Shown piece after piece: positions 52,046 through 64,000 of a stretch of 64,000 nucleotides of DNA (position 1 is the first letter of the stretch; every line of letters begins with the position of its first letter). The DNA is from Mobula hypostoma. Taxonomy: Eukaryota. A model generated the notes under the pieces. That model searched no databases and was not told where the DNA came from. It worked only from the letters and a program-made list of their open reading frames with translations. Location: assembly GCF_963921235.1 (NCBI RefSeq), contig NC_086097.1, positions 194,062,001-194,126,000 on the forward strand, written 5' to 3'. A program made the position numbers and the translations under genes.

Positions 52046-52649
52046 ATTGTTGATACCTTCAAATTTTCCATAGCTCCTAACTTGAAGTAGTGAACTCATT
52101 TATTTTTCACTCCCAGCCGTTTCTGGCATCTCCAAGTCTGAATGCTTAAGCCACAGTAGGCAAAACAGTTCTAAAATGTCCTACTGTTTATTTCTCACCA
52201 ACTATCAATGACAAAAATCCCTGCTTTTTGAACCCAAACATACGCAACTGACACTATTTAAAAACTGTTCGCTCTAAGCATGGTGTAGTGTCTAATGGCC
52301 ACACAACTTGCATGTGACTCATGCTAGTTAAAAACTGTTCAGCAACAGTCTCCTGTCCCAATTAAGTGGCATATTGTCCCAATAAATGAAAGCAATCCCA
52401 GCTATTTTGTTCTTTTATGAGTTATCCAAAATAAACGTCTGTCCCAAGTAACCGGAATCCACTCTACCAGAATTTTGACAGATCGCAGAATTCAGCAAAA
52501 CTCAAAAATTCCTCTTAGGTAAAATAGATCAAAACCCTTAAGCAGGATAATGCTAATTTGTTGATTGGATGTTTGAATTCATTGTTCTACCAAAATTCTA
52601 ATACCAGTGCCATAATATCTGTCTTTGAAATGCTGCAAATATTTGAGGC

Positions 52650-53200
52650 ATGATCAGACCTTCACTCTTTCCACCACAAAGTTCGGGTATCCTGGTGGCT
52701 ACACATTTCAATTCAACTTCATCCCCATTCTGACATCTGTACATAACCTGCACGACTGCCATGATGAGGCCAGATTCAGGTTGGAGGAGCAGTTCCTCAT
52801 ATTCTGTCGAGGCAGCCTCCAACACAATTGCATGAACATCAATTTCTCCAACTCTGGTATTTCTCCCCTCCCTCCTTCACTCTTTTTCCATTCTCCATTC
52901 TGGTTACCCTCTCACCTCTTCTCACTTGTCCATCACCTCCCTCTGGTTCCTTTCCTCCTTTCCTTTCTTCCATAGTCCCGCCACCTCTCCTGATGGATTC
53001 CTTCATCAGCCCTTTACCTTGTCCACCTATCACCTCCCAGCATCTCCTCACCACCACGCACACACCTACCCCCTCACCTGGTCTCACTTATCACCTGCCA
53101 GCTTGTGCTCCTTTCTCTCCCCCACCTTTTTACTATGATGAAGGATTTCGGCCCAAATATCGACTGTTTATTCCCCTCCATAGATGCTGCCTTACGAGTC
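52650..53200 (+). mobile_element. Penelope-like terminal fragment, decayed hammerhead at about 53135-53166
   Basis: HDEARFRLEEQFLIFCRGSLQHNCMNINFSN followed by a pyrimidine-rich repeat. Confidence 0.8.
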
Positions 53201-53399
53201 TCTCCCACATTTTGCATCCTTGCAACAAAGTTAGCTGATGCCTGACCATATACAAATCAACAGTTCCTCGATTCCTTCATACAACATTCTCTGTTACTTG
53301 CATTCAAAGTGGAGAATTGAGATGGAATAGAATTTCATACACCATTTACAACACTACTCTTTGCAATCAGAGAATCAAGATTGGAAAGTGCTGACCGGT

Positions 53400-54620
53400 T
53401 CAAAGGCAACAATGGTGTAATGGAACCTGTCACTGATGCCACATGACCACCTCTCCAAGTACGAGGGAGAAGTGAACCAGATGCCGCCGAATGCATAAAG
53501 AGGTGCTCAGAGCAGAGTCCAGCAGACCACTTGGTGCTGATTCAACAACTACTAGATGCAAATCTCAGATTATCCACGTCTTCAAACACAAGGAATGTTA
53601 CGACCATTAGAATGGGATGTATAAATAAGCAAAAGCTCCAGCAGCAAAAAAAAGACTCCACTAAAATCTCATCAGTGCTTGGAATGGAGAGACGGGCAGA
53701 CCCTTCATTAGAATTGTACTCCAGAGAAAAGAATGTCTCCATCCTGTGAAAGTCATGTAGAGCCTGCCCGCCAAGGAAGAGATACAAAAGCACTGTAGGG
53801 CAGCCTAATAAAGATATTGATTTGGAGGCCCAAGGACAGAGTCCAAGTGATGATGCCATTCCACCTGAAGTCCCGAAGCATGGAAAATTGGCACTCCTGT
53901 AACATCTGTTTTGAGCTTCTGATCCTGCTAGGAGGAGCAGACCATCATCCCAGATATGAAGGGTGCAAAGGTTACAACCTTGTATCAAAACAAGGGAGAT
54001 TCCAGCAACCAGTGTTACTGAAATTCCAGTGTTTTTTTTAAACTGGAACATGGACACATTGACATTATTTTCTTTATTCAGCAGTTGTACAAGAAATGAA
54101 GTGAACTATACTTTGCCTTTACTGACCTCAGCAAGGTATTTGACCCAGCAAGGGTTGTTTCATCAAGCTACTAAAGGTGTTAGTCTGACTGCAAAGATAC
54201 TCAGTATCCCTGCTATGAAAAAAAAATGAGGAGTAATGATTTTGACTCTTCAGATTCCTCATTCTAACACCAACAATTTTTTGGCATGTTTTTCTCAATG
54301 ACGCTATCATAGAATTTCAGCTCAAACATGGACTGGATCTACTTATGCAGCACATATTTATAAGTGGGATAGGAAGGTGCCAGGCATCAGCATGGACATT
54401 TGGGAAATACTGTAGCCACTGACAGATCCTCTGGAGGCAGGCTATCAGCAGCTATCTCATAAAGGCTAGACAACATGGAAAACAAAAATGCAAGGGGTAG
54501 AGAAGAGGTTAGGGAAAAGCCAGGTAAGCAGATTTTGCCACTCTCTACCTTAATCCACAGCAAATGCAGCACAGATCGCCATGCTAGGAAAGTGCCCCAG
54601 AACCACGTCGGCTAATATTC
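53400..54620 (+). mobile_element. Old RTE-clade LINE remnant
   Basis: PSDDAIPPEVPKHGKLALL, DMKGAKVTTLYQNKGD, FTDLSKVFD, C-terminal SKCSTDRHAR-like segment. Confidence 0.7.
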
Positions 54621-54932
54621 AATGTGGTAAAGACCAAGGCACAAAATATTATCCTATTCCATCACCCTCCCTCATTCACTTACCATGGTACTGAATCACC
54701 AACTTCTATAGTAAGTGATGCCCCAGTAAGCAAATTGTTGGATGTAGCTTAAGAGTCCATTCTAACCATCACACCTGTGCTGCCTGAACCTTCCAATTGG
54801 TCACACAAGCCAGTGATCTCTCCATAAGATTCCAAAGGAGTCCTTTGCAATTCTATATCCAATTCATTCTATATCCAAAAGTTACCATGCAATCAGATTT
54901 CATCAACTTTTCCGAATACGTGTTCCAGATCC

Positions 54933-55958
54933 GGTGACTAGTGATGTGCCTCAGGGAATCTGTACTGGGTCCAATGTTGTTTGTCATATACATTAATGAT
55001 CTGGATGATGAGGTGGTAAATTGGATTAGTAAGTATGCAGATGATACTAAGATAGGTGGCGTTGTGGATAATGAAGTAGGTTTTCAAAGCTTGCAGAGAG
55101 ATTTGGGCCAGTTAGAAGAGTGGGCTGAAAGATGGCAGATGGAGTTTAATGCTGATAAGTGTGAGGTGCTACATTTTGGTAGGACTAATCAAAATAGGAC
55201 ATACATGGTAAATGGTAGGGAATTGAGGAATGCAGTAGTACAGAGTGATCTAGGAATAATGGTGCATAGTTCCCTGAAGGTGGAATCTCATGCGGATAGG
55301 GTGGTGAAGAAAGCTTTTGGTATGCTGGTCTTTATAAACCAGAGCATTGAGTATAGGAGTTGGGATGTTAATGTTAAAGTTGTACAAGGCATTGGTGAGG
55401 CCACATTTGGAGTATTATGTGTACAGTTCTGGTCACCGAATTATAGGAAAGATGTCAACAAAATAGAGAGAGTACAGAGGAGATTTACTGGAATGTTACC
55501 TGGGTTTCAGCACCTAAGTTACAGAGAAAGGTTGAACAAGTTAGGTCTTCATTCTTTGGAGCGTAGAAGGTTGAGGGGGGACTTGATAGAGGTATTTAAA
55601 ATTATGAGGGGGATAGAGAGAGTTGATAGGGATAGGCTTTTTCTATTGAGAGTAGAGGAGATTCAAACAAGAGGACATGAGTTGAGAGTTAAGGGGCAAA
55701 AGTTTAGGGTTAACATTTGGGGGAACTTCTTTACTCAGAAAGTGGTAGCTGTGTGGAACGAGCTTCCAGTAGAAGTGGTAGAGGCAGGTTCGATTTTGTC
55801 ATTTAAAAAAAAATTGGATAGGTATATGGACAGGAAAGGAATGGAGGGTTATGGGCTGAGTGCAGGTAGATGGGACTAGGTGAGAGTAAGAGTTCGGCAC
55901 GGACTAGAAGGGCCGAAATGGCCTGTTTCCGTGCTGTAATTGTTATATGGTTATATGA
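54933..55958 (+). mobile_element. CR1 LINE, 5'-truncated
   Basis: SVLGPMLFVIYINDLD, KYADDTKIGG; stop at 55879; (GTTATATG)n tail. Confidence 0.93.
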
Positions 55959-56431
55959 TCCTAAGAAATCTCCATGAAGTCAAATCTCCCATTCCTTGTA
56001 ACGACATGATTAGAGATTCTGGTTACAGAATCCCTTGACATTTTCCTTTCAAAATATCTTGAATTTTGCCCTTAACCTTCACTATAAATCTTATGCTAAC
56101 CACTCAAAACACTTCACAAAACTGAAATCAGTGGTATAATCCCAGTAACCCTCCTCTGCAAACTCTCCAAATTCTTCAATAAATTATAATTGCCCCGAAG
56201 TGTATACAATTCTCTAGCAGAGATTTAACCACATATTTACAAAGCAGAAACATGCCTCAAGTTCATTCCCTGCCTTGCCTGCCATTCAATAAGGCCGTAG
56301 TTGTTCTGACCTTGACTCCAGTTTAAACTTTCCTGCTTTATTTGTTTTTATTTATTTAAAGATACGGCAAGGTAGGCCTACTGAACCCACACTGCTCAAT
56401 TACACCCCGTGTAACCAATTAACCTACTAAT

Positions 56432-56624
56432 TCATTTTGGATCTCCCCCTCCCCCTCCAACTTTCAAATCCCTTACTCACTCTTCCTTCAGTTAGTCCTG
56501 ACGAAGGGTCTCGGCCTGAAACGTCGACTGCACCTCTTCCTATAGATGCTGCTTGGCCTGCTGCGTTCACCAGCAACTTTGATGTATGTTGCTTGAATTT
56601 CCAGCATCTGCAGAATTCCTGTTG
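56432..56624 (+). mobile_element. 193-bp Penelope-like terminal unit with 13-bp TSD
   Basis: TSD ttaacctactaat at 56419-56431 and 56625-56637; closely matches about 40378-40560. Confidence 0.88.
56494..56529 (+). ncRNA. Minimal hammerhead ribozyme motif with canonical GUC cleavage site
   Basis: AGUC CUGACGA AGG-gucucgg-CCU GAAAC GUC^GACU. Confidence 0.8.
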
Positions 56625-57009
56625 TTAACCTACTAATCTGCACATTTTTAGAATGTGGGAGAAAACCAAAACACCCAGAGAAAACTCAGGAGGTAATGGA
56701 GGGAACATACGAATCCTTACAGACAGCATCGGGAATTGAACTGGTGTCATTGCCGCTGTAATAACGTTATGCTCACTACTACACTACAATAGTTCCCTGT
56801 AATACTCGAGTTCCTTATGCTATACAATCTATTTGTTTCAGCATTGAAAATATTCAATGGCTGAATGCCCACAAGACTTTTGGATCTGGAACTAAATGAT
56901 TTATGACATGATTTGTGAAATCATTCCAGTTTCTGTCTTAAATAGACAACAACTTTTTCCGAAATTATGCTCCCAGTTATTGGATTCCTCTCGGCATATA
57001 CCTTGTCAT

Positions 57010-58485
57010 GGCCCAGAGTCTTGTGATGATGTTCAATCTGGGAGTCTGTGAAGTGATTCACTTCAGAAAGGCATACTTGATGACAAAATACAGGGTAATT
57101 GGCAGGACTCTTAGTAGCATTAAGGAACAGAGAGATCTTGGAGACCACATCCAGAGTTCCCTCAAAGTTGCTGTGCAAGTTCATAGGGGGGTGTCTGTGT
57201 CTGTGTGTCTAGACTGCACTTGGACAATTGTCTTAGCTCTGCTCGCCCCATTATAGGAAGGATGTGGAAGCTTAGAAAGGGTGCAGTGGAGATTTACCAA
57301 GATGCTGCCTGGATTAGAGAGCATGTCTTATGAGGATAGGTTGGGTGAGCTAGAGCTTTTCACTTTAGAGTGAAGGAAAAGAGAGGTGACTTGATAGAGG
57401 TGTACAAGATGCTAAGAGGCATAGTTCAAATGGACAGCTGGAAACTTTTTCCCAGGGTAGAAAAGGCTAATATGAGGGGGGCATAACATTATGGTAAATA
57501 TTGAAATGGAAAGTATAGGGGAGGATGTCAAAGATAGGTCGTCTTTTTGCATACACAGAGAGTGATGGGTATATGGAACATGTTGCAAGGGGTGGTGGTG
57601 GAAGCAGATGCATTAGGGACCTTTAAGAGACTCTTACAAAGGCACATAGATAAAAGAAAAATAGAGGGCTATGGGAAAGTGAAGAGTTAGATGGATCTTA
57701 CAGTAGGTTAAAAAGTTAGCACAACATCATGGGCCATAAGGCTTGTACTGTGCTGTAACTGTTCTATGTAAAGGGAAAGTACACAATTAATGCTATACTC
57801 ATAACAGCATTCATGAACAGAGCAATCTTGGGATCCAAAAGCACAGCTCCCTGTAAGTGGCCATACAAGATGATTGAATGCAAAGAAGACGTATGATATG
57901 TTTGCCTTTATTCGTTGAGACATTGAGTTCAAATGTCATGAAATTATGTCACAGTTTTACAAAATTCCAGTGAGGACACATCTGGAATATTGCATTCATT
58001 TCTGGTCTCCTCATTATAGGATGACAAGGAGGCTTTGGAGAGGGTGCAAGAGAGGTTTACTGGGATGTTGCTTTGATTAGACGGCATGTGCTGGACAAAC
58101 TACACTTATGTTCTCGAAAGCAACGGAAGCTGAGAGGAGACCTGATAAAAGTTTATAAAATTCTGAGTGGCAGTAATAGATTAGACAGCTAGTAACATTG
58201 TTCTAGGCTTGAAATGTTTAATACTAGAGGACATGCAGTTTGAGGGGATGTACAGGACAAGTGGTAGATGCCTGAAATGCACTACCAGAGGTGGTGATGG
58301 AGGCCAATATGATAGAGACATTTAAGAGGCTGTTAGATAGGCACATGAATATGCAGAGATTGGATGGATCTGGACCATGAGCAGGCAGAAGGGATTAGTG
58401 TAATTTGGCAGCATTAGCCTAATCACCTTACCTCAATATTGTAGGCCATAGTGTCTGTTCTGATGCTGTACTGTTCTGTTCTCTA
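57010..58485 (+). mobile_element. Two tandem degenerate CR1 3' fragments (about 57010-57770 and 57800-58485)
   Basis: CEVIHF..EQRDLG, LERVQ.RFT.MLPGL, LEYCIHFWSPHYR; each has a CR1 3' UTR. Confidence 0.8.
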
Positions 58486-58550
58486 TATCACGTTGTTAAC
58501 TTACATTCCATTATTATCCTCTGCAGACCTTTGAGTGATTTATATTACTA

Positions 58551-61500
58551 CCATAAGACCACAACACAGGAGCAGAATTGGGCCATTTGGCTCAGAATCC
58601 ATTTCACCAGTCCATCACGGCTGAATTATTATCCCTCACAGCTCCATTCTCCTGCCTTCTCCCCATAACCTTCAATGCCCTAACTTACTCAAGAACCTGT
58701 CAAGTTCTGCTTTAAATATACCTGCCAACTTAGCCTCCACAGCCATCTTTAGCAATGAATCCCATAGTTTCAACCAATGTCTGGCTAAAGAAATGTCTTC
58801 CCATGCATGTTCAAAATGGATGTCAGTATATCCTGAGTCTGTGCCCTCTGGCCCTAGACTCCCCAACTATAGGAAACATCCACTCTATCGAGGCCTTTCA
58901 ATACTCAATAAGGTTTCAATAAGATTCCCCTTCATTCTTCTAAACTCCAGTGAGTACAGGCCCAGAAACATCAAATACACCTAATTATGTTAACCCTTTC
59001 ATTCCCAAAATCATTCTCATGAACCTCCAAGAGACTCTATCCAATGACAGCACATCATTTCTTAGATAAGGGACCCAAATTGGTCACAATACTCCAAGTG
59101 CGGTCTGACCAATGCCTTATAAAGCCTCAGCATTACATTCTTGCTTTTATATTCTAGTCCTCTTGAAATGAATGCTATCATTGCATATGCCTTCCTTACC
59201 ACCAATTCAACCTGCAAGTTAAACTTCAGGGAATCCTGAATGAGGACTTTATACCTCTAATTTCTGAAATTTTCCCTGTTTAAAAATAGTTTATGTTGTT
59301 ATTCTTCCCACAAATGTGCATGACCATATATTTCCCTATACTATATTCCATCTGCCACTTCTTTGCCCATTCTCCTAATCTGTCTAACTCCTTCTGTAGC
59401 CTCCCTGCTTCCTTAACACTACCTGCCCCTTCATCTATCTTTGTATCATCTGGGAGCTTAGCCACAAAGCCATCAATTCCATCACCTAAATCATTGATAC
59501 ATAATGTGAAAAGAAGAAGTCCCAAAATCGACCGCTGTGGAACACCAATAATCACTAGTAGCCAACCAGAAAAGGCCCACTTGAAGGTTCCTGGTCCTGA
59601 TGGACTCACTAGTGAATTCTATAAAGAGTTCACAGGGTTATTATCAGAGCCTTTGCTAAGCATGTTCAATCATGCATTTAACTGTAGTCTCCTCCCATCA
59701 TCATTGAGAGAAGCTAATATTTCCCAATTCTTAAAAAAGGAAAGAGCCCTGAAGACTGTGCCTCCTACAGACCCATTTCATTGTTAAAAGTTGACTTTAA
59801 AATCTTATCTAAAACCTTAGTGTTGTGATTAGAAACTGTGTTACCTTTCATCATAAAAGAGGATCAAACGTGTTTTGTAAAAGGCTGTAGATCATCTAAC
59901 AATATCAGAAGGTTAATTAGTGTGATTCAGGCATGTGAGCAACAGGCAGTGGATGGCTTGGTGGTTTCCTTAGATGCAGAAAAGGCCTTTGATCGTGTCG
60001 AATGGCCATACCTTTTTTTCACTTTGGTTTGGGCAATAATTTTATTAAGTGGGTGAAGGTTCCTTACAATGACCCTCTGGCTGCGATTCTTACTAATTGT
60101 ATTAGGTCGGATAATTTTAGTATTCTGAGGGGCAGCCGGCAGGGCTGCCCTTTATCACCACTACTTTTCACACTACTGATCGAGCAGAGGTTATTCGGCG
60201 AGACACCAAAATATCTGCTCCAGACATAGGACTAAAGTCACATAAAATTACATTGTATGCGGATGATTTTCTAATTTTATCAAACCCTGCTATGTCAGTG
60301 CACCATCTTATACAATGCATCAATTCATTTAGCGCCTTTTCAGGTTATAAAATCAACTTTATTAAATCAGAGGCTATGCCTCTGGGGAATCTGCAGCAGG
60401 TACCAGACAGTCAGGGTGTCTTCCCCCTTAAATGGTCGCAGACAGGTTTTGTTCACTTAGGCATATTTATCACACCTACGTTTGATCAACTGTTCAAAGC
60501 TAACTTTACACAGTTATTTGACAAAATCAAACAGGATCTTGAGTGATGGAGCACTCTCCCCATTTCTTGGCTTGGCTGAATATTCTTGCTCAAAGTGGAC
60601 ATTCTTCCTCATCTGCTCCACCCACTACGAATGATTCCAGTCATTTTCACCCAACAAACACTTTAAAAAATTAATGGCTGGTTTGGTTCTTTCATTTGGA
60701 ACAAAAAAAGACCCTGTATTAAAATGTCTAAGTTACAGCTTTCCAGTAGTCTAGGGGGTCTGGATTTTCCAGACATCAAAAAGTATCAATTAAGTTCCTT
60801 TTTATCTTATGTGGTTGATTGGGTTTGCAGGGACCCCTCCTCAATATGGCTAGACATTGAAGCCTCACAAACAAAATGCCCTCTTATTAATTTGCTTTTC
60901 CTCAATGAGATGAAACAAGTTAAGGAATATTGTCACAATCCAATAATAATTAACACTATCAGGGCTCGGAAGGGCGGTGTGACAAATTGAGGGCAACACA
61001 GCAAAATTATCACCTTTCACTCCAATAACCGGCAGTCCAAATTTTCAGCCTGGCATACTGGATCCTGGATTTAAACTTTGGATTTCTAAGGGTATCTTCC
61101 AACTAACAGATTTGTTTGATGAAGGAACGATGATGTATTTTAGTCAAATAGTACAGAAATTCAACATACCCAGCGAGGATCTTTCCCGTTTCTTTCAGAT
61201 AAGAGATTATATACAGAAAAAAACATCATTGTTAACTGATTTCTATAGTTCTGACATAGAAAAGAGAGTGTTTCGTTCTAAGGCTGAAGTCTCTATCAGT
61301 ACTTTTTACAGCATCCTGAGGGAATGTTTTTGTGGAGAGGCTGAGCAGCTGGGAAGGGTCTGGGAGGGAGAGCTGGGAGTACAAATTACAGCTGAAACAT
61401 GGGAAGACATCTGTGATATTGCAAAGGAAATTTCAGTTTGTAGTAGAACTAAAGCATTGCAACTCAAAATTCTGCATAGAGCCCATCTGACTCCAGATCG

Positions 61501-62773
61501 TCTCTTGAAATTTAAGACGGAGTTTTCTCCAATGTGTTGTAAATGTAAAGGAAATATTGGAACTCTCACCCATTGTTTTTGGACTTGTCCCAAACTTCAT
61601 GCATACTGGAGTGATATTTTGGGTGAAATGGAAAAGATTCTGAAGATGGAGCTTGAACTGGACCCAGTGTCTTTTATCTTAGGTTTACCCAGCAGTCGTT
61701 TATTAATGCACATCAGAAAAAAACTTTTTAAACATCCTGACTTTTTGTGCGAGGAAGAACATTTTACTTTGTTGGATATCTGATAAGGCCCCTGGACTTT
61801 CTGGTTGGCGTAAATTAATCATGAAGTACATTTCTTTGGACTTTTTAAACATGTATGGTACACTCAAAAACAAATAGTTTGCATAAAACATGGCAACCTT
61901 TTCCACAATATCGAGATGTAAACCTGTCTGCTATACTAATAAGGGCTTTTGTATAGGATGTGGTGGTGATGTCTATACTTTGATGGAAGTGTACTGATAG
62001 CTGATATCTGTGAGGGGATGAAATGTAAATGTACCCGGAAGTTGAGAGTTTTGTTATGCTAAGCAAAAAATAAATTTGAAAAAATAAAAAAAGATCCACT
62101 TTATTCCCACTCTTTGCTTCTTGCCAGTCAGCCAATCTTCTATACAAGCAAGTATTTTTCCTGTAATACCATGGGCTCTTATCTTGTTAAGCAACTTTGT
62201 GCGTGGCAACTTGTCAAAGGCCTTCTGAAAATCCAAGGATACCACAGTCACCAATTCTCCTTCATCTATCCTGCTTATTATTTCCTCAAATAACCCCCAA
62301 CAGATTTGTCAGACAAAATTTCTCCCATGCTGACTTTGGCCTATTTTATTATGTGTCTCCAAGAACCACAAACCTCATCCTAAATAATGGACTCCAACAT
62401 CTTCCCAACCACTGAGGTCAGGTTAACTGGTCTATAATTTTCTTTCTTCTGCCTCCCTCCCTTCTTGGAAAGTGGAGCGATATTTGCAATTTTCCAGAAC
62501 AATTCCAGAATGATTCTTGAAAGATCACTACCAATGCCTCCACAATCTTCTCAGCTTCCACTTTCAGATCCCTGGGGTGTAGTGTATTTAGTCCAAATGC
62601 CTTATATACCAGCAGAGTTTTCAGCTTCCCAAGCACCTTCTTAGTAATAGCAACTACACTCACTTCTGCCCCCTGACAATCTCACATTTCTGGCATACTG
62701 CTAGTTTCCAAGACTGTGAAGACTGATGCAAAATACTTATTAAGTTTGTCCATTAGTTCTTTGTCCCCTATTA
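58551..62773 (-). mobile_element. CR1 LINE split by an L1 insertion
   Basis: GVPQRSILGLLLFTLCINDL..PDDTKI (59280-59580) continues at 62095 onward with LDFQKAFDKLP and KLNKYFASVFTV. Confidence 0.88.
59583..62092 (+). mobile_element. L1 LINE, 5'-truncated, degenerate ORF2
   Basis: KVPGPDGLTSEFYK, SLDAEKAFDRVEWPYL, RGSRQGCPLSPLLF, YADD, CCKCKGNIGTLTHCFWTCP; A-rich tail; imperfect TSD aaggcccactt and aagatccactt. Confidence 0.92.
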
Positions 62774-62799
62774 GTACCTTCGGTTGGTGCTGAATTCCA

Positions 62800-64000
62800 G
62801 GAGGGGGAATTTCTAGAGTGCCCATGAGGTGCCTTTTATAGCAGCTCATGGTTGAGCCCACTAGGGGAGCAGCTGTTCTGGATTGGGTGTTGTGCAATGA
62901 ACCAGAATTGATTAAAGAGCTTAAGAACCCTTAGGGGAGTGTGATCATAATATGATCAAATTCACGCTGAAATTAGAGAAGGAGAAGCAAAAATCCAATA
63001 TATCAGTATTGCAATGGAGTAAAGGGAATTACAGAGGTATGAGAGGGGAGTTGGTCAGAATTACTTGGAAAAGAACACTGGCAGGGATGATGGCAGAGCA
63101 GCAATGGCTGGAATTTCTGGAAGCAATTTGGAAGGCACACTATCCCAAAGAGGATTAAGATTTCTAAAGGAAAGATGACACAACCGTGGCTACAAGAGGA
63201 GTCAAAACTAACATAAAAGCCAAAGAGAGGGCGTATAATAGAGCAAAAATTAATGGGAAGTTAGAGGACAGGGAAGCTTTTAAAGACCAACAGAAGGTAA
63301 CTAAAAATGTCATTAAGGTAAAAATGGAATATGAAAGAAAGCTAGCCAATAATATTAAACAGGATACCAAAAATTTCTTCAGATAGATAAGGTGTAAAAG
63401 AGAGGTGAAATTGGATATTGGACTGCTGGAAAATGATGCTGAAGAGGTATAATGGAGGACAATGAAATGGCAGACGAACTGAATAAGTATTTTGTGTCAG
63501 TCTTCACTGTGGAAGGCACTAGCTGTAAGGTGGATGTGCCAGGTGTCAAGGGTTATGAAGTATGTGAAGGTACCATAACTAGAGAGAAGATTCTTGGGAA
63601 ACTGAAAGGTCTGAAGGTAGATAAGTCACCTGGACTATTTGGTGTACACCCCAGGGTTCTGAAAGAGGTGGCTGAAGAGATCATAGAGCCATTACTAATA
63701 ATCTTTCAAAAATCATTAGATTCTGGAATGGTTCTGGAAGACTGGGAAATCGCAAATATCACTCCACTCTTCAAGAAGGGAGAAGCAGAACAGAGGAAAC
63801 TATAGGCCAGTGATTGGGAAGATGTTGGAGTCATTTGTTAAGGATGAGGTCTCAGGGAACTTGGAGGCACATGATAAAATAGGCCACAGTCAGCATGGTT
63901 TCCTCTAGGGAGGATCTTGTCTGACAAATCTGTTGGAATTCTTTGAGGAAATAACAACCAAGATAGAAACTACAGAATCAGCTGATGGTGTGTACTTGGA
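62800..64000 (+). mobile_element. CR1 LINE fragment running off the window
   Basis: VEPTRGAAVLDWVLCNEP, ADELNKYFVSVFT, DKSPGLFGVHPRVLKE, CLTNLLEFFEE. Confidence 0.9.

Larger units (their letters stand above)
50361..52464. mobile_element. Tigger/pogo-like non-autonomous DNA transposon hosting a retroelement-derived insert
   Basis: TIRs TAcagtagactcccattaattgggaca and tgtcccaagtaaccggaatccactcTA; same family as 13654-16093. Confidence 0.7.
56345..56790 (-). mobile_element. V-SINE interrupted by a short PLE-derived insert
   Basis: tRNA-like head near 56790, V-domain (ttttctctgggtgttttggttttctcccacattctaaaaa), (AAAT)n tail. Confidence 0.75.

Noticed and set aside
53542..54057. 171-aa minus-strand ORF as an EMILIN2 exon or separate gene
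   Set aside because: Antisense to an RTE remnant, with no EMI motifs or other recognisable domain.
54941..55879. 312-aa ORF as an intact RT
   Set aside because: Truncated CR1; the stretch NVKVVQGIGEATFGVL is out of frame between two compensating indels.
35982..64000. EMILIN2 EMI-domain exons
   Set aside because: No NWCAY or WRCCPG-like motifs found by eye or in the ORF track; probably right of the window, though a short exon could be missed.

Overview
AT-rich, repeat-dominated vertebrate genomic DNA. The repeat complement (V-SINEs, Deu-SINE remnant, CR1, Rex1/Babar, Penelope-like, Nimb/I, Tx1, RTE, L1, Tc1, hAT, Tigger-like) suggests a cartilaginous fish, probably a ray (inference). The window appears to lie inside one gene on the minus strand, EMILIN2. 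Two exons are clear: the large coiled-coil exon (35979-34060) and the exon with the short collagen-like segment (8113-7895). I did not find the EMI-domain or gC1q exons, which probably lie outside the window. The remainder is intron filled with nested transposons. The most notable non-coding signal is a set of minimal hammerhead ribozyme motifs carried by Penelope-like terminal repeats. Two of them have intact cores, lie in the EMILIN2 pre-mRNA sense, and flank the large exon. Other features: a 36-bp minisatellite of about 30 copies born inside a retroelement, long inverted repeats, several resolvable three-level insertion stacks, and two speculative extra exons. Repeat family names come from recalled motifs, not database searches, and repeat boundaries are approximate unless a TSD is given.
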